This document shows positions 56,549 to 64,000 of a stretch of DNA of 64,000 nucleotides, piece by piece. This DNA comes from Octopus sinensis (Eukaryota). Position numbers and translations under genes: made by a program. Where the stretch lies: NCBI RefSeq assembly GCF_006345805.1, contig NC_043007.1, forward strand, positions 17,112,001 through 17,176,000, written 5' to 3'. The notes beneath the pieces are model-generated. The model searched no databases. It saw nothing but the letters and a program-made list of their open reading frames with translations, and had not been told where the DNA came from. Positions within the stretch are counted from its first letter, which is position 1. The number at the start of each line of letters is the position of its first letter.

Positions 56549-56961
56549 CATACATACAATACAGATAAAGGGTGAAATATAATTAATTGAATAAAATCAA
56601 CAAATTTCACCAAGTAGTTTTTCAGTATGGAAAGGACCATATTCGGTAAAATTATATATAATTATAACAATGAGGGTCTTTGCAACTTTCGGTATGTGGT
56701 CTAGCAACCTGTTGCAAAGAACCTCATTGTTATAATATATATATATATATATATACTAAGGCATGTTGATTTAACCATGAAATTATTTTTTTTAATTTCT
56801 TAAGATTATCTCCCTTTATTCAGAGTTTCTTAACTGTTATCACAAGGTTTTTATTGTTTGTTTTCCTTCTCTGTCCCCCAACAGAAATTTCAGTAAATTA
56901 AGAATTTACCATGTGTGGCATTCTGTACACCTTCCAGTTGAGTTATATATATATATATATA

Positions 56962-58735
56962 CACACATATATATTCCTTTGTATACCAACGCAAACGTTG
57001 TGGCCATGCTGGGACACCATATATATATACATAGATACATATATATATATATTCCTTTGTATACCAACGCAAATGTTGTGGCCATGCTGGGACACCATAT
57101 ATATATACATATATACATATATATTCCTTTGTATACCAACGCAAATGTTGTGGCCATGCTGGGACACCATATATATATATATACATAAATACACATATAT
57201 ATTCCTCTGTATACCAACGCAAATGTTGTGGCCATGCTGGGACACCATATATATATACATATATACATATATATTCCTTTGTATACCAACGCAAATGTTG
57301 TGGCCATGCTGGGACACCATATATATATACATAATATACATATATATTCCTTTGTATACCAACGCAAATGTTGTGGCCATGCTGGGACACCATATATATA
57401 TACATATATACATATATATTCCTTTGTATACCAACGCAAATGTTGTGGCCATGCTGGGACACCATATATATATACATATATACATATATATTCCTTTGTA
57501 TACCAACGCAATGTTGTGGCCATGCGGGACACCATATATATATACATATATACATATATATTCCTTTGTATACCAACGCAAATGTTGTGGCCATGCTGGG
57601 ACACCATATATATATATACATATATACACATATATATTCCTTTGTATACCAACGCAAATGTTGTGGCCATGCTGGGACACCATATATATATATATATACA
57701 TATATATTCCTTTGTATACCAACGCAAATGTTGTGGCCATGCTGGGACACCATATATATATACATATACATATATATTCCTTTGTATACAACGCAAATGT
57801 TGTGTGGCCATGCTGGACACCATATATATATATACATATATACAATATATATTCCTTGTATACCAACGCAAATGTGTGGCCATGCTGGACACACCATATA
57901 TATATACATATATACACATATATATTCCTTTGTATACCAACGCAAATGTTGTGGCCATGCTGGGACACCATATATATATATATACATAAATACACATATA
58001 TATTCCTTTGTATACCAACGCAAATGTTGTGGCCATGCTGGGACACCATATATATATATATACATATATATTCCTTTGTATACCAACGCAAATGTTGTGG
58101 CCATGCTGGGACACCATATATATATATATACATAAATACACATGTATATTCCTTTGTATACCAACGCAAATGTTGTGGCCATGCTGGGACACCATATATA
58201 TATATATATACATATATATTCCTTTGTATACCAACGCAAATGTTGTGGCCATGCTGGGACACCATATATATATGTATACATAAATACACATGTATATTCC
58301 TTTGTATACCAACGCAAATGTTGTGGCCATGCTGGGACACCAATATATATATATATACATAAATACACATGTATATTCCTTTGTATACCAACGCAAATGT
58401 TGTGTGGCCATGCTGGGACACCATATATATATAATATATATATACATATATATTCCTTTGTATACCAACGCAAATGTTGTGGCCATGCTGGGACACCATA
58501 TATATATATATATATACATAAATACACATGTATATTCCTTTGTATACCAACGCAAATGTTGTGGCCATGCTGGGACACCATATATATATATATACATATA
58601 TATTCCTTTGTATACCAACGCAAATGTTGTGGCCATGCTGGGACACCATATATATTATATATATATACATAAATACACATGTATATTCCTTTGTATACCA
58701 CGCAAATGTTGTGGCATGCTGGGACACCATACATA
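56962..58735. repeat. Minisatellite, 24 units of ~70-80 bp (constant ~45 bp core plus variable TA/CA tract)
   Basis: Core attcctttgtataccaacgcaaatgttgtggccatgctgggacacc counted 24 times; explains all long ORFs at 56890-58853. Confidence 0.97.
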
Positions 58736-59099
58736 CATATATATATATATATATTATATATATACATATATATATATATATAATATATATATATAATATA
58801 TATATATATATATGATTGAGTGGACAGATGAAAGAAAGTGGCACTTGACACAATTGGTAGAAGTTTCAGATTTGGTTCTATGAGTCTGACAAATTTGGTT
58901 CGTTTGGTGAACCTACAAAAATTTTAGTTGCATGAAGCTGAATCAGACTTTTATTAAATGAAATGCATGTATAACATACACACACACACACATATATATA
59001 TAAAGAGTGAAATATAATTAATTTAATAAAATTAATAAATTTCACCTAGTAGTCTATTTTGGTATGGAAAGGACCATATTCGGTAAAAATTATATATCC

Positions 59100-59262
59100 T
59101 TATAATAAAGGGTTATTTGCAACAAGTTGCTTAAACCACATACCGAAAATATTAGAAATAGCAGCCAAATAGGTAATAGTAATGATAACCTATTTGGCTG
59201 CTATTTCTAATATTTTCGGTATGTGGTTTAAGGAACTTGTTGCAAATAACCCTTTATTATAA
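59100..59262. repeat. Near-perfect hairpin (75 bp arms, 13 nt loop)
   Basis: 59100-59174 pairs with 59188-59262 with about one mismatch. Confidence 0.92.
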
Positions 59263-60534
59263 TTATATATATATATATATATATTTGTGTTATTGTATGT
59301 TCAGTAATGCTAGACCACTGGTGTGAAATCGATGTTAATTAAATTAATATCTAATTTCTCACCCTCATTTTAAATTTAAAAATTATATATATATAATATA
59401 TATATACATATATATACATATATATATATATATAGCAGTTTAGGTTCCTCATAAATTTTGTGTTATTATTAGTAAAGAAAATGAATGAATTTAGACAAAT
59501 ATAGACTATACTGAAATAAAATTACAACAATGGATGATACTGTTACTATTAGTTCTTGTACTACTAGCTTAATCTTCGCATTGAACTGTTTTTTTAACAT
59601 TCTCATCTATGCTACGTTGCTTTTGGTTTTATCTCCAACCATTATTCCTGCATGTGTACATTGCATCCAAGAATCAGAGATCAAATCAGTCGAAATGTAG
59701 TATAGATGTAAATATTAAAGTTTTTTTGGGGTTTTTTTTTTCTCTCCAAAGATGAAGTTACTAGTCTGAAAAGTTATATAGTGTTGGATAATAACTGTAG
59801 TTGAAACACAAGCACATACAATCACTTCCTTGTACTTCAGAAGTTTTAAAGAAATTCTATTTTATTTTCCATATGGATACATTGAGTGTACTTTTACCAT
59901 CTTTGCTGTTGGTGCTTGTCTTGATTTCCATTTAGTTCCAGTTCCTTACTCAAAAAGCATTGCAAAAACATTGTTAAAAAACTATTAGTTTTTTTTTTTG
60001 TTTTATTTTTGTCTCCCAACAGCTTTTTCTGTTTCTCATCATAACAACTTTTTTTCTTTTTTTTTTTTCTTTCAGAACATTTTTCACTTCTGTTATGGCT
60101 CAGCCTTGACATTAAATGCTGTAAATAATACTTAAAATATTTCTTTTCTAAAAGAAAAGAGAGAAATAAAAAAATTTTAAAAATCATACATAAAGAAACT
60201 AAAACTAATAAATAATAATGATATACAGAAATATATTAAAAAAAAAAAATTGAGATTAATAAATTTTATGGATAAATGAAAATATTCATCTCCTGAAACA
60301 ATTATGGAATTTTAAATATGGAAACTCAATTCTGAAACAATCAATCATTTATTTTTATTTTATTATAATAATAATTATTATTATTATTTTGACATCTTAT
60401 TCTTATTTTTAATTAGAATTATCACTTTTTTTTTCTTTGTTCAACGCCTCTCAAGTTTTGATGTACAATGCAGTGTCAAATGTAAATAGACTGCTTCCAT
60501 CTAACCAAATGCTTGTGTGTTTTGGAAACATGTG

Positions 60535-60551
60535 AATAAAATGTCAATAAA
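60535..60551 (+). terminator. Tandem AATAAA, candidate distal poly(A) site on + strand
   Basis: aataaaatgtcaataaa followed by a T/GT-rich tract, after ~1 kb of repeat-poor AU-rich sequence. Confidence 0.35.
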
Positions 60552-60684
60552 CTACTTTGTTACATATTACGTATTTTTGTTACTTTATTTTTTGATTTCG
60601 TTTCCTCTTTTTCTTTTATCATCTAATCATTTCAGACATTGAACTATGGCCATTCTGGGGCATCATTTTGAAAGGATTTTAGTT

Positions 60685-61063
60685 ACTCTTTTACTCTTTT
60701 ACTTGTTTCAGTCATTTGACTGCGGCCATGCTGGAGCACCGCCTTTAGTCGAGCAAATCGACCACAGGACTTATTCTTTGTAATCCCATTACTTATTCTA
60801 TCGGTCTCTTTTGCCGAACCGCTAAGTGACGGGAACGTAAACACACCAGCATCGGTTGTCAAGCAATGCTAGGGGGACAAACACAAACATATACACACAC
60901 ATAAATATATATATATATACATATATACGACAGGCTTCTTTCAGTTTCCGTCTACCAAATCCACTCACAAGGCATTGGTCAGCCCGAGGCTATAGCAGAA
61001 GGCACTTGCCCAAGATGCCATGCAGTGGGACTGAACTTGGAACCATGTGGTTGATAAGCAAGC
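60685..61063 (-). mobile_element. SINE family A
   Basis: Colinear with other copies; extreme 5' end absent. Confidence 0.9.
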
Positions 61064-61224
61064 TCAGTCCTGGTACTCATGGCTTTTTAATTTTTTAGTC
61101 TAGTACTTTATCAGACTCTTTAGCTGAACTACTAAGTTAACGAGAACATAAACCAATACATGTAAAAGGAGGAGGTGGGTGACAAGCACATACACACAAT
61201 ATACAAGGTGGGCCAAATATATAT

Positions 61225-61590
61225 GGTGCAGGCATGGCTGTGTGGTAAGAAATTTCCTTTCCAATCACATGGTTCCGGGTTCGGTATCACTGTGTGGCAC
61301 TTTGGGCAAGCGTCTTCTACCATCTTGGGCCAACCAAAGCCTTGTGAGTGGATTTGGCAAGTGGAAACTGAAAGAAGCCCATTGTGTGTGTGTGTGTATC
61401 TTTGTCCCCTATTCCTTGACAACTGGTGTTGGTGTGTTTACGCCGTCATAATTTAGCAGTTTGGCAAAAAGACCAATAGAACCAAAAGTTCTAGGCTTAA
61501 AAAACAAAAATTCTGAGGGCAATTTGTTCAGCTAAAACCCTTCAAGATGGTGCCCCAGCATGGCCACAGTCAAATGACTGAAACAAGTAA
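61225..61590 (+). mobile_element. SINE family A, older subfamily
   Basis: ggtgcaggcatggctgtgtgg...gactgaaacaagtaa; flanked by duplicated atacaaggtgggccaaa. Confidence 0.88.
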
Positions 61591-61615
61591 TATATATATA
61601 TATATATATATATAA

Positions 61616-61729
61616 TACAAGGTGGGCCAAAAATCACACACAAAATGAGTTCAATACACATTTGTACATAATGAATAATATAAATAAAATGTCAAATGTC
61701 TTGGTGCGTGACTTTTGGCCCATCCTGTA
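61616..61729. mobile_element. Tc1/mariner-type MITE
   Basis: TA-caaggtgggccaaaaatcac ... gtgacttttggcccatcctg-TA. Confidence 0.8.
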
Positions 61730-62558
61730 TATTGTGTGCATGTGCTTGTCACCCACTTCCCCCTTTTTACATGTATTGGTTTGTTTATGTTCCTCTAACT
61801 TAGTAGTTCACCAAGAGTCTGATAAAGTACTAGATTAAAAAAAAGAAAAAAACAAATAAAAAATCATAAGTACTGTTTTTGATTTATTCAACTGAAACCT
61901 TTCAAGATGGTGCCCCAGAGTGGCCATAGTCCACTGTCTAAAACACTGTCCCTATCTCTGCCTATGTTCCACAGGCTGGACTGGCTGATGGCCAATTCTA
62001 TGAGGTCCTTCTGCAGACAACCTCAATATCACTTGACAACCGATGCTGGTGTGTTTAATTCCCCGTAACTTAGCTGTTCGGCAAAAGAGACTGATAGAAT
62101 AAGTACTAGCCTTACAAAGAATAAGTCCTGGGGTCGATTTGCTCGATTAAAGGCGGTGCTCCAGCATGGCCACAGTCAAATGACTGAAACAAGTAAAAGA
62201 GTAAAGAGTATACTAGGAAGGATTATGGAAGCTCAAAAACCCTGCAAACCAGCAGAAATTTAGAGAGATTCTAATAGAAGCCTCTGATGATAGAGAGAAG
62301 AAGGAAGGGGCATATAACTTAGAGGACAATTGGGAGTTCCCGTGGACAATCTGCTGGAGGCCACTGACCCAATCTGTGGCTGGTGAAAAGTCCCAGCTAG
62401 GTCATCATAAGTGAGAGAATGCCAAATATCAATCATTACAAAATAAAGCTAAAGTGAACGTAAAGTGAACGTTACAAAATGCCAGATATCATCATTACAA
62501 AATAAAGCAAAAGTGAACATAACAGTAATACACGTGTGTTTGATATGGCTATCGTGAT

Positions 62559-62624
62559 TTTATTAAGAGACAGTTGTTATAGAATTGTTTCACACCTGTA
62601 AATTCGCCAAACATATAATTTATT
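62559..62624 (-). terminator. Candidate polyadenylation signals of the RSPH4/6 gene
   Basis: tttatt on + (AATAAA on -) at 62619-62624 and 62559-62564, about 50 and 110 nt past the stop. Confidence 0.5.
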
Positions 62625-62675
62625 GAAACTAGGAAAATAAATAGTTCTGGGACATCTAAAGTTTTGTTTGAAGTT

Positions 62676-62904
62676 TTAAGCCTCTTCTTCTTCCTCTTCC
62701 TCCTCTTCTTCTAATTCTTCTTCAGCTGCGGCATTGGCCTGCTGCTCAGCTCTCAAGGCAGCTTCTTGCTCTGGAGTTGGGTCATCAATCTCAATCACTT
62801 CCGGCCCGTCTAAGTATTCATCCATTGGGGCTGGTATTAGAGGTGGGGTGTAGTTTTCAGCCGCTGCCTTGTGACCCCAGCCAATGTAAATATTTTCAAA
62901 TCTC
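62676..62904 (-). CDS. RSPH4A: Radial spoke head protein 4/6 family (RSPH4A/RSPH6A-like), last coding exon
   Basis: Minus strand ttgcag acceptor; RFENIYIGWGHKAAAENYTPPLIPAPMDEYLDGPEVIEIDDPTPEQEAALRAEQQANAAAEEELEEEEEEEEEEA-stop matches the FENxYIGWGHK...GPE..E.DDP C-terminus with acidic tail; upstream exons lie beyond the window; 4A vs 6A cannot be resolved. Confidence 0.9.
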
Positions 62905-63447
62905 CTGCAATGATTAAAAGGGGGGAAAAAAACAACTATAAAACAACTAAAACAAACATCAGTTTGCCTGTCTGATGACAGGTTCTAGTCTTAACCCTTT
63001 TGATACCAACCCAGATGAAACCACCTCTGGCTCTGTACTACAAATGTTTTGTTTTCATAAGCTTTGAATTAAAATCTTCCACCAAACCTTATTCATAATT
63101 TATGTTCCTAACACTAGCTTAATGATAACTAAGTTTGTTTTTTTTTCCCTAAATTCTTCGTTATATTTAAAAGTAATTGGAAGAAACCTCAAAATAAATA
63201 CAGTAACGAAAGGGTTAAACCACAATGGAAAAGTTAGAGTAGAGAGGTTGTCCAACCATCAAGCTGTCATTCTCCACAGTTTATAAATGTCCAAATTTGT
63301 AAAAGCCATCCCGCCTGTGCAGATGTAGTGGAAAAAGAGATGTGTGATCAGCAAAGTGATATAAAAAAAAACAATAAAAAATACAAATGTAAACAAGTGA
63401 GAAAAAAAACAAAAGAAAAACTAATATTAGACAAAACATTTACGACG

Positions 63448-63825
63448 TATTCTGTTGTGTCTGGGGAGAGTCATTTTCTTTTTGTCCCTTATGATTTAAC
63501 ACACTCACCGGTAAAATTTCCACTTATTTCTTATTTTTATTTTCCTAAAATTTTCGTTGCGCCTTGCAACCTTTTCAATAGTCTTGACTTTGGTGAGCCC
63601 AGGGGATTATAGCAGAAGACACCCAAAGTCATAGCAGAAGACACTTACCCAAAGTGCTGTGCAATGGGATTGAACTTGAAAACTGCTTGGCTAGAAAGTA
63701 ACACTATTGAAAAGGTTGCAAGATGCAGCGAAAATTTTAGGGAAATAAAAATAAGAAATAAGTGGAAATTTTACCGGTGAGTGTGTACAAAAAGAAAATG
63801 ACTCTCCCCAGACACAACAGAATAT
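63448..63825. mobile_element. Palindromic Penelope-like insert with inverted hammerhead-like motifs and SINE fragment in the loop
   Basis: Arms ~63448-63582 / 63703-63825. Confidence 0.7.
63545..63581 (-). ncRNA. Minimal type I hammerhead-like motif, U3-A8 core variant
   Basis: Minus strand cta-TTGAAAA-g-gttgc-aaggc-gcaac-GAAA-a-t-t-t-tag; mirror copy on + at 63704-63740. Confidence 0.55.
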
Positions 63826-64000
63826 GCTTCAACACACGAACTAATATAAAGAATCTTGCAAACAAAATCCAAAAACGAAATTTACAACGTATATATAAAC
63901 AAAAAAATTACAACTATCCTACACTTGTATATGCCATATTTGCTGGTGTATAAGATGCACGTGTGCATAAAACTCACTGGTTTTCCAAGAATATTTTGTG

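Noticed and set aside
56605-56652. Hammerhead in the array-flanking elements (minus strand ccgaata..tatgg/ccata..gaaa)
   Set aside because: Positions 3 and 8 not complementary and spacing irregular; second copy lacks GAAA
57480-57900. Variant array units with 1-2 bp indels as a distinct subfamily
   Set aside because: Scattered single indels look like unpolished long-read errors
56962-58735. CRISPR array
   Set aside because: Spacers are low-complexity TA/CA tracts of two recurring classes, not unique sequences; eukaryotic context; no cas genes
56890-58853. Long ORFs up to 653 aa
   Set aside because: Open in most frames on both strands only because the repeat lacks stops; frame wanders with TA-tract length

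Overview
AT-rich, repeat-dense eukaryotic (animal) DNA. The SINE families and (TA)n content suggest a cephalopod such as Octopus; this is inferred, not verified. The window holds six coding exons of a Rab4 GTPase gene on the + strand (31726-43662; the canonical first exon was not found) and the last coding exon of a convergent radial spoke head 4/6 gene on the - strand (62676-62904). The rest is introns/intergenic DNA filled with at least four SINE families, piggyBac/hAT/Tc1-type MITEs, RTE/CR1 LINE relics, a Penelope GIY-YIG relic, an 18S rRNA fragment between duplicated flanks, and a 24-unit minisatellite. Nearly all ORFs in the supplied track are spurious. The most interesting signal is a set of small, often palindromic, Penelope-like inserts carrying hammerhead-ribozyme-like folds whose core positions 3 and 8 co-vary (C-G, G-C, U-A). 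Repeat boundaries are read by eye and approximate; exon boundaries were counted from splice sites.
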